Shown in pieces: positions 34,982 to 49,545 of a stretch of 64,000 nucleotides of DNA (position 1 is the first letter of the stretch; each line of letters starts with the position of its first letter). A program made the translations under genes and the position numbers. Source of the stretch: Octopus sinensis (taxonomy: Eukaryota); contig NC_043002.1 of NCBI RefSeq assembly GCF_006345805.1, forward strand, positions 120,032,001 through 120,096,000, read 5' to 3'. The notes under the pieces were generated by a model. The model ran no database searches and was not told the origin of the DNA. It saw nothing but the letters and a program-made list of their open reading frames with translations.

Positions 34982-37403
34982 TGTACGTATGTATGTATGT
35001 ATGTATGCTTGAGTGTAAATGGAAACAGAGGTAAAGAATACTAATGCGAATGAGAGCAAGAAAATTCTTGATGCATCACACATACCAAGAAATTCTCAGT
35101 AGCTAGGTAATTGTGGAATGAAGCATATGTATGCATGCGTGTGTGTAATTTTGTCTTGAAAGAGCATGGTATTTTATTTTCTAAATCAATCAATTAAAGT
35201 CACATTGCATTATAAAATCTCACTTGCAAATTCCTTTTCTGTAGGAAATATTGATTGCACCTACTGTAGGTGTAAAGTGGGTACGTAGTCAAGGGATTGT
35301 AGTTGCTCCGTCAATATTTATCTATCCCTCTATAGAGGGCATTATTTTTGTGTTGGCATAATTTTTGCTTATATTTTGAAAATTTGTATGATTCTATTTA
35401 CCCATTTCGCATCATTAACCTTCTATTGATCAACCATTGAGACACGAGCAGCATAACCATCTTCAGTTTTTAAAAAAGACGCAATTTCCAAACAACTTTT
35501 TTACGTTGCTCGACTCAGCTCTAATATAAAATTCCATTAGTGTTGCAGTAATACTCTAATTAATGCAATACTGCATTGTTGAAATTTTCATCCCTACACG
35601 AATGACCGACATTCCTTAAACCAATTAGTGATTCAACTACACGAATATGTTCATGGAATTTGGCCCTACTTTTACCCTATGTATTGCATCTTGCTAAGCA
35701 AACCACACATTCTCCGTTTAGGCACAAAGCCCTCATCGTACATCGTTAATCCATCTCTGCTAAAGGTGAAGTTTATCCGATTATATATAATTATCCAATT
35801 ATATATAATCCGCTCCTCATAACGACCCAATACCTGACTTTTCTATATCTTTCTGCAACATTACGAACATCAAAGGCTTCCGAGAGGTTACCATTTTCCG
35901 CTATATAATTCGCTCAGTTTTTCTTGGTTTTTATACCCTTCAGACAGCATCCTCGTTGACACACTCCTCACCTCATGCATGTCTTCTTGCCCGTCGCTGA
36001 AACAGTATATCACCAAATACTGATTCTTTCTAGTTTCCATACCTAGCCTCTACAATATCTCCCGATCATCAACTTTATTAGACTATAAAATCACCACTTA
36101 GTGAAAACAAAGCACTCCAGCTTCGCACTTGGCAAGAATAACCAGCGAGCTCCTCTATACAGTCACATGACTAGCAAGAAATAGCAATCGAATCCCCAAC
36201 AAGTCAATGTTCATCGTCTTAAAAATCTCCGACGCATTAGCCAAAGCTCTTTATTTTATTTATTCATTTTGAAAGATAAAATAGTTACAGTTGAAATACC
36301 GTTGATCTTAAGTCTGCTCAACTTGATGCAACAGGAAAAGTAACTTACTAGGATTATTTAGTGCTTAAATTGTTCTGCTGGACACTGCCTCTTTGATCGG
36401 TCATCATTGTTTTTGATTAGAAACATCATAGAGACGTGCGACAGCTTGGTCCATTCCGAAAAAGATAACTGTTCCGGACCTGCCAAAGGCCGACTTATCG
36501 TAGGTATTTTTCTGTCTCCAAAAACGCTATCAGATATGTTGTAATCAGTCCACCCATTAAGGGTTTTTTGCAACAAGTTGCTTAAACCACATACCGAAAA
36601 TATTAGAAATAGCAGTCAAAGGTCTACTATTACTATTACTACAAAAATAAGTCTCCACAAACAACAGTATTTGTAACTCATATATGGTAAAAGAAGAAAG
36701 AAAAACAACGAAAACACACAGTCTACTGGATTCATTATGGACGATCGTTTCTGGATTAGAATCGCAAAGTTCATTTCCTTATCAACATAATATTTCCCAT
36801 AAATCTAGAAATGCTAGGAAAAAACTTACCTCCTATATATTCGATCAAGCGACATCGAAAGATATAAGACCACTAGCATATCCACATTTATATAGACAAG
36901 CGAATTCGTATCTCCCTACAGAATCTCACCACGTGAGTCACAAAAACAGTACTGCCGAAACGAAGTTTCGCAGTTATATTGTAGGGGAGTAAAAATATTC
37001 AATACAATATATACACACACACCACACACACACACACACAGAGTCAGAGAGAGGTGGTAGGCGAGAGAGATATTGAAATGTGTTTCACCGAAAAATCACC
37101 TTTCGTATCGACACAGAATATCAAGAAGATTCGATATACTGTATTGCTAATTGAGTAATATCTAGTCTTTTACTTAAACTGTTAAATATTGATGTAGGTA
37201 ATGAATATCTTTGTAATAGTCCTTAGGGATGGAGAATATTTTGTCTGAGAAATGATGTTCTTATTTACTTATTCCGCCTTTTTCGTCCTTCAGATAAACA
37301 GTGCTGCATACATACATAAGTACACACACACACACACACAAACACACACGCATTCTTTTATTCTTGTATTGGTTTCTGTCATTGGATGTTGCTGGAGCAC
37401 CAC

Positions 37404-37434
<31 letters not shown>

Positions 37435-37472
37435 CAAAAATACATAATTATATGTGTGTATATATCTATATA

Positions 37473-37506
<34 letters not shown>

Positions 37507-37528
37507 CACATACAAATACATAATTATA

Positions 37529-37565
<37 letters not shown>

Positions 37566-38405
37566 GCGTGCGTGCGTGTGTGTGTAAATTTATATATAGA
37601 TTTGGGAATCTCCGACCACTTATATTGGTGAAATGAGATGATACAACTGTTAACAATCAGGAATATATGCACAATTATGTTTTAGTTATTCATAAACAGT
37701 TTCATTAAATGCAATTTTTCAAAGTGAATCAGCTTAGAGTGAAGCCAGCGTCCGACAGGCCATCGTTTCTTTTTTGACAGCAAACGTTTGCAGAAGTGGG
37801 ATTTTGCAGCTCATATAAACACTTATAAGATTTTTCCGTCGTGCATAAAGTCAGACATCAATGTATTCATGAGAAGATTTAAGGATACGCTGACGTCTTT
37901 TGCATATCGAGTGCTTTTTTTTTTTTTATCAGAAACGGCTTTTGGTCAACACAGTAATAAGCTGACATTTTTAACATCAAGAAAAAAAATACCAGTGATG
38001 GGTTGATCTCCCTATCATTATGCTATTGTTTGAAACAGCACAGACGTTTTCTATGGTAATAAACATGCCAGTATGCCTGCATTTTGATCTGCAGGTAAAG
38101 CTTTTGTTTTCATATTAGGGAAAAATACAGTTTTATTCATACACATGTTTTTTTTTTATGCACGCAGTCACACGTGTGTACATACAAAATCGCATATATT
38201 GATTTTCTCTATAAGTTATGTCTATCAACATTTCGTAAGTATGCATGTGTAATTGTGGTGGAGAGTTTGTCTTCTCTCTCAGTAAACAGAAAATGTGCTT
38301 TCTATGGCTAAAGAGTGGTTTGGCGTTTATTTCTAGCTATGCTGGTGCTCCCTGCGCCCTTCATCACTGTTTAGTTACGGTGAATACACACACACACTCA
38401 TATAT

Positions 38406-38439
<34 letters not shown>

Positions 38440-38449
38440 GGAGAGTATT

Positions 38450-39596
38450 GTAGTTCGCTTGAAGCATTGCGTATGTTTGTAAAGAATAAAAAGTTTTTAA
38501 TGGTACAACAATACACTAGAGTACAGACAATGGGTTATATGCCTTTTGTAATTTAGTCATCCATAGTCTGATATGATATTTCGGAATAATATTCCTTCTT
38601 CAGATATTCTTGGATGGAGTCAATGCCATAATCGGTTTTTTAACGGCTTTTCTTCTCTATTTTATGGAAGCGTCTCAGCAGTAGTCTCACGATGCTCCTT
38701 CCGAAATTCCTCATGAGAAGTGTGCTAGGCCTGCTATGTATTAATCTCGTGTGTGCTGGTACATCCGTAGCGCTGCTTCTAAGTTACGTATTATACGTGC
38801 AGATTCATTTTTTCTCTTCTCTATTCTTTTTTTATTGTTATAAACTACAGATGAGCATGTTATCAAAAATGAAACTACACACATCCAGATGTATCTAAAT
38901 AATGTATTGATTACCAACCTCCAGACTGTTGTTAAATTGGGGCCCTGTTCTGTGTATATGAGTATAGCTTCCTTAATTCTTAAATTACCCAAATTTCTTT
39001 CATTGGCCTCAATTGTAATTGTTATGCTTTTGTCGGTGTTCCGGCATCTGTCTAGATGTTTTCCGAAGGAGGAAGCTCTCGTGTTCAGATATTCTTTGAT
39101 GCGGACGTGTAACGGTCTTGTTGTGCTAACCACATAGAACTTGTTGCATTTGTTACATTGTATTCTATACATAACATTAACCCGTTGGCATAAATCTGTG
39201 TCACGGATGGAACAGTTTGTTAGTGTACATATGTTTGTCCGGTACAATTCAGGACTTCCACTCGGTGCCAAAATAGGATACACCAGAAACGAACTTGCAC
39301 GTATCCAGGGTAAGTGCAGCAGAACGGAGGACAAGGTAACCCACACTACAGGCTTCCTAGAAATATTGAAAACCAACGGGTACCCTAGATCAGTTGTAAA
39401 TCGGATTAAGTACCCAAAACGACCAACACGCCGAACACATAGAAAACCCAATAACACATGCTTCCTTAAAATACCCCATTTTAGCGAGAGGATAACTACA
39501 TCCATCCGAAGAACCATAAGAAGGGCGAGACATACAACTAGCTCACCCCGGCCCCTCTCTGAGAGGACACCTCACCAAGAAAGGAACAAGGGATGA
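38450..39596 (-). mobile_element. Penelope-like element 3' part with an inverted 5' segment
   Basis: GIY-YIG region NVMYRIQCNKCNKFYVVSTTRPLHVRIKE...EAILI on minus (about 38890-39243). RT-thumb region (LKTNGYP, LKIPHFSE) on plus (39240-39596). Hammerhead-like core at ~38577-38603. Confidence 0.85.
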
Positions 39597-39924
39597 TTAA
39601 ATTACAACAGGTATACGGCCCACTGTCTGTATTATAGTGCATTGTTGTAACATTCGAAACATTTCATTCTTTATATATATATAAGTTCAGCAAAATTTAG
39701 ATTCAGAGGAATATGGTACTTAAGTCAGAGGCACCAGAATTTTGTATGGTATTATCCATATATATATATTGTTATATTTCTGATAAAAACACACGCACTA
39801 TATATAGGGCCTGTGTTTTTATTGGCTAAACTGGCAATATGACCATTCCGAAATATAACAATATCTGTTTCAACACACACCACTTCACATAAATAAATCT
39901 TGCACAACAAATATTTAAACGTAC

Positions 39925-40004
39925 ATATATCTATATATATATATATATATATATTATATATTATATAATATATATATATATATATAGATAGATAGATAGA
40001 TAGA

Positions 40005-40086
<82 letters not shown>

Positions 40087-40140
40087 GTAGATAGATAGAT
40101 AGATAGATAGATAGGCAGACAGACAAATAGATAGATACAT
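39925..40140. repeat. (TA)n + (GATA)n microsatellite
   Basis: Directly visible. Confidence 0.95.
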
Positions 40141-40541
40141 GTCTTATAATGGATATGGATGCCCTATAATCGATACAAATATCTTTTATAGAACAGGGCA
40201 ACCGAACCCCAGGAAACGGCTGTAGGATTATTAATAGGTGTAACAATACCCATACATTTTTAAAGACTCTCAGATTTACACAAGGAGCAGGCTCCGAGTG
40301 AGGAGACTAATTGATAGATAAATAAATAACAACAGATCGATAATCTGTCAATCGACTACATCTGTTTGTATCTAATTTTTAATTGATTAAAAACCCTTTT
40401 TCATCATGTGAATGCATGAATCACACACACAAACACATACACACACCCACACATATATATATAGGTATAAATATATACACCCCCATGTATATATGTATAT
40501 ATACACATGCATACATATACATATATTATAGATTCATTCAT

Positions 40542-40580
<39 letters not shown>

Positions 40581-42143
40581 CATATACATCCATCCATCCA
40601 TCCATCCATACATACATACATACATACATACATACATACATACATACATACATAAATACATATATACTTAGCGATATACATGTAGATACATAGTGCACAG
40701 CTGTTAATAGATATTTTGAATCTATTTCATTAATTCATTCTGTGATGGCATAATTGCATTTTCTGAATTATTCAAACATTAACTCAGTTCCTTCTTGAAG
40801 CAGACTGAATGAAATTACCGAACCACGTTCATGAATGTGTTGGAGAATATTAAAACCTATCTTTAAACAGATTTTAATATTCATCTCAAATGATGTCTGT
40901 GGATTCTTTGGTGTGTTATTAGATACTAATACTGTACTTCATAAGCGTATTAGAAATATTAAATGCACTAAAACATCTTCCTATAAGATTTCTGTTTACT
41001 AATCTTCCACCTGATCTCTGATCTCCTTGATCTGCTTCTGCCAGAATATGACATGATAGTGACCGCTCCCAAAAACTCTGAACAGTGATGATTATTCGAC
41101 GGGTAAATCAAATCACTGATGTAATCTTTCAGTCCTCTTAATTAGAATTGATAAAATACGAAGTAGAAAATACAATGCGATTCATGTAAGTACAACACAG
41201 AATAATGAAAAAAAACAAACAAAAAAGACATCATACATTTTATAGTCTGATAGTTGTATATATGGTACTGGTTATTTGTTCTGGCTGATCGAATTGACCA
41301 ATGAGCCATGGTTTTACATCAGTGATCAACCCAGTGGTTCTAAGTCCGTATTATACAATGTACTGTTTCCTTTTAGGGTAATAGGAAATGATTTGAAAGA
41401 GATTTAGGTGCTGTGAAAAAAGCTACCTAAATACGGTCCCACCTTTTATTTAGATAATATAGTGTTACCAGAACAATATAGGGTCTGTAATAATGTAAAG
41501 CAAACGCTTTGTGAAAATGCACACGAACTCCAGTTAAAATTATATTGTGTATTCAAATGGTCAAGACAGTATCAACTTGAATACAACACCTTTCAGTGGA
41601 GTAAAGTTTAACTTTAGATGTAAAAGATCTATAACTTAACATAAAATGGAAGATTTGTTTTTTCGATATCTATTTACCAATAACTTGTTAAACATACTTA
41701 AGTGACACTCAGATGCAAAACTGTTTTCTCCCTCTCGACTCGTATACGATCAATAGAAAAAAGTTGTGACGAAACCCAACTGAATCAAAAGTGAGTAATA
41801 CCTAATAAAGCCATGAAAATATTTATCAAGAAGCCAGACCTTTGATCTGAGGTAAAACAAATAACGACAGATTATAAAACAACAAATAATTCTTGGAAAT
41901 ATTTCATCGGTAATGTTTTGATTTCAAGAATACAAAAACAAAAAAAGAGAAAAATCAATCGTTCAATTAGACAAACCAGAAATCGATCTGTCAGGTAAAC
42001 ATCGTTTAGTAAAGGTTTTTTATAAACTTCACTCAATTCTACAAAAGCTGCCACCCACTTCCCCTCCCTTTCACACACGCTTATATATGCATTTGTCTAT
42101 GTAGGTGTGTATGTATGTACATGTAAGTATATGTGTGTATGTC

Positions 42144-42183
<40 letters not shown>

Positions 42184-42784
42184 GTGTGTGTGTGTGTGTG
42201 TGTGTGAGTGTGTGTGTGTGTGTGAGTACGTTATTGGAATCCGAAATTTCGAAACTTACCAAATCGTCACTAGAACTGTTTGGTTATCGTTGTTCAGACG
42301 ACCATGGTTATATATATATATATAATATGCAAGAAAGGATTCTAGGACGGCATTTTGCAAACATGGCAAAAATGTAGTATATTGGTTGAAGGAAGTTGAT
42401 GATGCCATCATCAACTTTGTCAGTTCTAATGAACGTAACCCGATGTGTTTAGGTGCCTAAGATCTTTAAAATCACAGAGCTCACCTTATATTTGGTTTTT
42501 TTTATATTTTCAGATTATACAGCCATGTGTCGTATGTATTTGTTCTAGAATCAGTCACATCTAATCTCACATATCTAATCTTTGTCAATCTATGAAAAAT
42601 TTTGGCTTACGAAAAGATTACGAAATAAATTTGAAAGAACAATATACAACATTCTTAGGATTTAGTGCGGTCGCGAATTAACCATCCAATTCTAAATACC
42701 ATGGAATTTATTTTCAAAAAGCCTTTAGAGAAACTTTTCTGGTTAGTTAAACATGGCTGTAATTTTAAGGAACTTTCAGTTAAT

Positions 42785-42979
42785 CTAAAGTAATTTCGAA
42801 TAAGGTGTTATTATATGCAGGCATTTACATGGGGCAGTGGAGTTGTAATTACACGGAGAAACTGCCATTGTCATTGTAAAAACATTCGAAATGTCTATTT
42901 GATGATGTGATATCGTTCGAAAAGAATGGGTCTCCATTATCGAAAATCTAATAAAATCCCTACGGTATCCATCGTACAT
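42785..42979 (-). other. Candidate host exon (unidentified)
   Basis: Strong acceptor CTCTTTTCATTTACAG directly precedes a 64-codon open frame; no homology recognised and no clear donor. Confidence 0.25.
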
Positions 42980-43279
42980 CTGTAAATGAAAAGAGACAAC
43001 ATTTAGGGATCCTCTGATAATCTGTGTTCGTGTGTGTAAGGTAATGGTTGGATTATATCAGAATGAATATTGTATATAATTTTTTCGGTTGGGAGTATTT
43101 TATTTTATTTGCAAAGCAGTCTATTCAAGAAATTGTAAAAAAAAAATGACGATACCTATAATGTTTATCAAATGTTTCACAGAAATAAGTTCGGTGGCGT
43201 TTGAAATCAAATACCGAATTTCGTTCAAATTGACGCGCAAGCTTATGAATATACATACATGTATACATACATACATACA

Positions 43280-43313
<34 letters not shown>

Positions 43314-43413
43314 CACATACACACACACACATACACACACACACACACACGCACACACACACACATATATATATATATACATATATACACATACATACAT
43401 ACATATATATATA

Positions 43414-44572
43414 TCTTTATATATATATAAAACTGAGAATGTGTGTCTCTGTCTGCTGTCTGTGTGTTTCCCTAAAACTTGAGAACTACACAACCAATTT
43501 TATTCAAATTTTACACATGCCTTACTTAGGGTCCGGGGAGTGTCATCGGCAAAAAAATGTTCAACTTCTTGCCTAGAGCGAGCCCATAGCAATATCATAT
43601 CTTCTCCACTACGATTCCCTAAAACTTGAGAACTACAGAACCAATTTCATTCAAATTTTACACATGCATTACTTAGCGACCATGTAGTTTCATGGGCAAA
43701 AAATCGTTCAACTTCTTGCCTAGAGCGAGCCCATAGCAATATCATATCTTCTCCACTATTTCAGTATTACATGTTAAAAGTGAAACAAAAACATTCTCTA
43801 TTTTATGTCAGATACTTTCACTTTAACAATAAAAATAATAATAACATTTGAATTATATGTAGTAAGTAATAATTAAATCAAACTGAAGTATATCAAACTA
43901 AGTAACATAACAAAAGTAGAAATAGCAATTGGTATAAAATCGCATCAATCACTTGAACTTGAATAAGTGGTTTCACATGAATGGGAATAAATTAAAAATA
44001 AAATTAGCGTGCAGAAATGGAATAGTCCAGATGGATAATAAAAAATTAAATTAAAGAAAAGACTATGGTCTATAAAGTATACAATGTAGAGAAAAAAGAT
44101 TTGAACACATGGAGGAAAGCACCTTCGAAAAGTGTCTTGGTGCGACTATGAAAAGTAAATTCGCCACAATAGAAGCAAGGTTCGAGTCAACGGAGCGTGC
44201 AAGGCAGTACTCGACTCGAACTTGCAAAGTGGAAATATTTTATTCTTACCTTTATATCTAGGGCGTAGGACGTCCCGGAAAAAAATTTAATATGCCCCCC
44301 CCCACCCCAGAAGTAGAGGTAGGCTGGATTGTAGCCACACTTCTATAGAAGAGGGAGGACAAGATACAATTGATTGAAATTACAAGAGACGGGCTAACAA
44401 TTTCAGTCTGTTATATATTTTGAGTATTGTTATCACTAGCGATATCAAGATATAACTTTGTAGTTTGTATTTTATGTGTAGATGTATATATATAGATGTA
44501 CACATATATATATATACACATATATACATGCACTAGCACTATGACCCGGCAACGACGGCTCTTTAATGCTAG
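43414..44572 (+). mobile_element. Non-autonomous Helitron (empty paralogue)
   Basis: A|TC start at 43414; subterminal GACCCGGCAACGACGG and CTAG|T end at 44572; no TSD; internal ~145-bp tandem duplication (43467-43610 / 43615-43757). Confidence 0.9.
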
Positions 44573-44578
44573 TATATA

Positions 44579-44611
<33 letters not shown>

Positions 44612-44665
44612 GAATATATAAGGGTATATATAGATATATATACCGTAGGGATTTTATTAGATTTT

Positions 44666-44791
44666 CGATATATAAGGATGTTTGTAAAAGGGACATGAAG
44701 GCCTGCGCATCAATATTAGCACTGGGAAGCAGTTGCTAGCAACCGTGGAGATTGGCGACGGACCGTAAAAGAGGGAACACAAAGGAGTGGC

Positions 44792-44825
<34 letters not shown>

Positions 44826-44980
44826 GAGAAATGAAAGACAAGAAAGAGACGTCAACAAGAAACTATGACACTACAACCAGCCAGGAACAGTTCGCATACA
44901 TTGCGGCACCTGCCAGAGGGAGTGTTTGTCCAGGATAGGACTACACAGCCACAGCAGGAGATGTATTAGGACATGAAATG
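44666..44980 (+). mobile_element. RTE-clade LINE 3' fragment
   Basis: YKDVCKRDMKAC...NRGDWRRTVKEG...CGTCQRECLSRIGLHSHSRRC (C2H2-type terminus of RTE ORF2). Confidence 0.8.
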
Positions 44981-45013
44981 TAAAAGCCGGACTAGATTAT
45001 TTTAAGCGCATTA

Positions 45014-45074
<61 letters not shown>

Positions 45075-45303
45075 AATATACATATACATATATACACATA
45101 TTATATAATATATTATATATAACATATCTATGTCTAATATATAATATATGCATATCCGTAGGGTTGCAATTGTAACGGTTACTAATCGATGTAGTAGATC
45201 CATTGTAGGTCTATTTGAAGCTGCATTAAAGGTAATGCAATGCTACTTCATAATAATCATCATCATTACTACTACTACAACTACTACTACTACTACTACT
45301 ACT

Positions 45304-45355
<52 letters not shown>

Positions 45356-45548
45356 CAATATTAGTACTCCAGGAAATCTATATGGTTAAGGTAATATATT
45401 TAGAATTATCCAACGGTATATATCTCTAAATTCTTATCTCATGAGAGATATTATTGGATTTATATACTAACCGTTGGGTAATCTATTTTGAATACCTGAT
45501 TGTGAGAAAACCGGTAAACTTTGGAGAAATCCCTTACTAGTTACCAAA

Positions 45549-45588
<40 letters not shown>

Positions 45589-46219
45589 ATAATATTAGGG
45601 ATTAATCCAAACTTACAGGGAAAAATTAGACTATAAATCCAATTTTATAGTATAAATATATTATATTATATTAAATTAGAGATAAAAACACTATTAGGCA
45701 AATGAAACAGTGAAAAACATAAGCCAATACATAAAATTAATTTTAAAATATAAAAGTTAAAATTTAAAAAATTATTTTAATAATTTAAACTTATAAATTT
45801 TAATATATATATATATACGAATATATATATATTATGTATGTATATTTTTTATATTTATATATTATTTTATTAATTAATTAATTAATTAATTTTTTTTTTA
45901 TAAATATCGAAAGTATTAAAAGTTTAATAAAATATTTCAAAATATCAAGAGATTAGTCGTAACGTCGCAGAATATTAGATTATTATAAACATGATTAAGT
46001 ATATTTTCATTGCATTGAGTTACATTTAAATGGATGATTCAAAACTTCGATATGTATAACACGTGTGCTGAGGATTTTGAAAACATGCAGTTAATTTAGT
46101 TGTATTATTCTTCATCTTAAAGGTTTTAAGAATATTAAAGACCCCTAATTACACCAAGTTGCTTCACTTCTATTTCTAATGTTTACTCGTAGTGTTCAAG
46201 CATCTTTATAGTTTCGTTC

Positions 46220-46278
<59 letters not shown>

Positions 46279-46529
46279 TGTGTGTTCGTGTGTGTGGGAG
46301 TGCGTCTGGTTGTGTATGTGTGAGCTTCATGTACATGTTCATACATGCTCGTCTCTAACATTAATTTTATCTTTTTCTCATCAGACTCCCTCAACTTTTC
46401 GATTTTGAGCGTAATGGTTACATTATGATCCACTGTTTTTATTTCCCCTCGAAGCCCTGATTCTGATGTTCAAACCTGTTCTCCATATGTTTATACAAAC
46501 TTTCACGTTCAATATTTCATAATCGTTAA

Positions 46530-46952
46530 CAGGCGCAGGAGTGGCTGTGTGGTAAGTAGCTTGCTAAACAACCACATGGTTCCGGGTTCAGTCCCACTGC
46601 GTGGCATCTTGGGCAAGTGTCTTCTACTATAGCCCCGGGCCGACCAATGCCTTGTGAGTGGATTTGGTAGACGGAAACTGAAAGAAGCCTGTCGTATATA
46701 TGTATATATATATATGTGTGTGTGTGTCTGTGTGTGTGTTTGTGGTCTGTGTTTGTCCCCCTAGCATTGCTTGACAACCGATGCTGGTGTGTTTACGTCC
46801 CCGTCACTTAGCAGTTCGGCAAAAGAAACTGATAGAAAAAGTACTGGGCTTACAAAGAATAAGTCCCGGGTCGATTTGCTCGACTAAAGGCGGTGCTCCA
46901 GCATGGCCGCAGTCAAATGACTGAAACAAGTAAAAGAGTAAAGAGTAAAGAG
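46530..46952 (+). mobile_element. SINE family B, full length
   Basis: Aligns with the other copies; (AGAGTAA)n tail. Confidence 0.92.
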
Positions 46953-47739
46953 AGATCGGGAACAGGAAACGTAGGATGATAATTATGGGACTTTCACTTT
47001 CCAATGAATTGTATAACATTACGTTTAGAATTGAAATGGTGTAATTCTATTTGTTTATAATTCGACATTTATCTATCAGTGTGTCCACCAATATATCTCT
47101 GTTTCTCACCAATACTTTACATATACATATTTTGTTTGATAGGTGTATGTAGGAGTACATGTCTAAGACACTTAGCATTACCAATACAGACAACACGTTG
47201 CCGACGTTTCCGTGCGAAGCTCCAAGTTTTAATAAATATGTCAAAGCAGATTTCAGAAATCTCTTCGAATGAAAACTAATGAACAGACACAAAAAAAGCA
47301 CACGCTAACCTAAATGACACTAAATTCATCAAATTTGGTCGGTATCTTGTTTATAACATATCTATACATCAACATTACATATTTCTCTTTTTCTCCCTAT
47401 ACACCTTCCCTGCTTCTCTCTCACTCCCTCTCAATAAATATATATATATGTAGTTCAGAGACGGAGACAGAGAAGAGAAGATAGTCACAGTGGTAGCGTG
47501 ACAGCAAGAAAGATAAACAAACATATTAGTGAGTTAAATATAAAAGTAAGCAGACAAACATATATAGAAGAGATCAGACGTGTGCTAGCGTAATATGTTT
47601 GCTTGTTATGCACACACACCACACACATACATACACACACACACACACATACATAGATATACATATAGATATAGATAGATATGTAAATGTTATATATATA
47701 TATACATACATTTTTATATATATATATATATATCTCGCC

Positions 47740-47945
47740 ATGTTGATTCGCTAGCCTCTGCACGCATTTTTTCTCTCTCCTTGTTTCTCTCCGTGTTTCT
47801 TTTCTGTGTATCTTTCTGTTGAAGAGCGTAGGCTCGAAACGTAAAAGACTTGTTTTATTTCTATTCCTGAGCGCCATACTAATACAATTGTTTGTTTGTA
47901 CTCCACCTGCCTTCGTCTTTTGTTTATTTTCATAAAGCTTCCCGT
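47740..47945 (+). mobile_element. Third copy of the Penelope pLTR-like repeat
   Basis: TTGAAGAGCGTAGGCTCGAAAC at 47819-47840; aligns with 19233-19415. Confidence 0.65.
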
Positions 47946-48231
47946 TATATATATATACATGTATATGTATGTATTAAGCGGAATCTCTTGTAGTGTAACG
48001 CTGACAAGGTTTCCGCAATTTCTTACTTAACGGCATCCTTAGATGATATAATACTTTTATAATATTGAAACGGTTGTAATGCACATTAGTTGTTACCTGT
48101 ATAGGTGTACGTTGTTAATTCACTCGACCATAACGCACAGTCTGGTTCGATAAGCGAAACCACGTCTCATGCAGCTGTTCGTGTATAGTTGTGTCTACGT
48201 TTACATGTGAACATAGTATAGATATACTGAA

Positions 48232-48297
<66 letters not shown>

Positions 48298-49545
48298 ATA
48301 TATATGTATATATATATATGTATGTATATATGTATATATATATATGTATTATGTATGTATATAATTCCAATATATGTGTGTGTGTATGTGTGATTGTATC
48401 TTTGTAGATATATGTGTATGATTGTATATGTGTAGACATTAAGAGATGGGAGAATGTGAATGGGAGAATATGGAGAGAAGGAAAAATAGATGTCTAAATA
48501 TAATTCTCAAATAGGTGAAAACTGGCCAAATTAATACGAGCTATTACTATTTCCAGCACACTTGCAGCACAATTTCCAGATGTCTTTATATTGTAAGGAT
48601 CAAGAGATCTTGGAGGTGAATGACATATTGGTATTGAGTTAATTGCGAAAGGTTCACTACTCACCGCTCTCTACCTTCAATCTGCTCTTTTCTGGCAGAA
48701 CAGAACCCTGGCTGCCTCCAACGAAATGTTTGCCAGATTAATCTCCACTGCTTCAGGTTCCATGGAAAATTAAATTAATATTTCAATTAAATATTTTCTC
48801 CCTGTATATTTACAATATTTATTTATGTGGAGTTTGACTTCAGAACGTAAATACGGCTGAAATACCGCTCAGCATTTTGTCCGTTCTACTAACTACTCTG
48901 CCGGCTCGCAACTTTTCCTCTATGGATTATTTTGGAATTATATATTGATAGAATGATTGTAGATTGTAAGTAACATTCCAACTTGAGCTTTGATGGAAAG
49001 TACACTGAGACTTGAACCTCAGAGTAGTTCGAGTTTCTAGGTCCTTATATTAAGTAAAATAAACTAGAGCTTATAACAATCAATTTCCTTTATAATATCA
49101 ACTCTCAGAAGTGAAAAACGAACGCCACAAATACAAGTTTACAGTTCCTTAAAACAATTAAATTTCGTGTAGTATGGAATATGGAACTGGACTTCTTTTA
49201 CATTTTCCATAATGATCTGAGTAATGATATGATTTATGTGAAAAATTAGTATAGATTCTTATCTCGCAGTCTTTCTTTGATCGTGACGTTATACAGTAAT
49301 TATGTGTATATGTGTGTATATGTATGTTTGCTTGTTTGTGTGCGTGTGTGGGTGTGGGTGTGTATGTGTGTATGTGTGTTTCATGGACACGTTTATAAAA
49401 CAAGTTCGTTTCCAATATATCGTTCTAGCCGTATGGATTCTGTTTTATTCGTATATAGTATAATTAGTCGCTAGTTAGCTGATGTAGCCCCTGTTCATAA
49501 GAAAACAGATTGTTTCTATCAGAATGTTTCTAATGTTCGGCAGCT

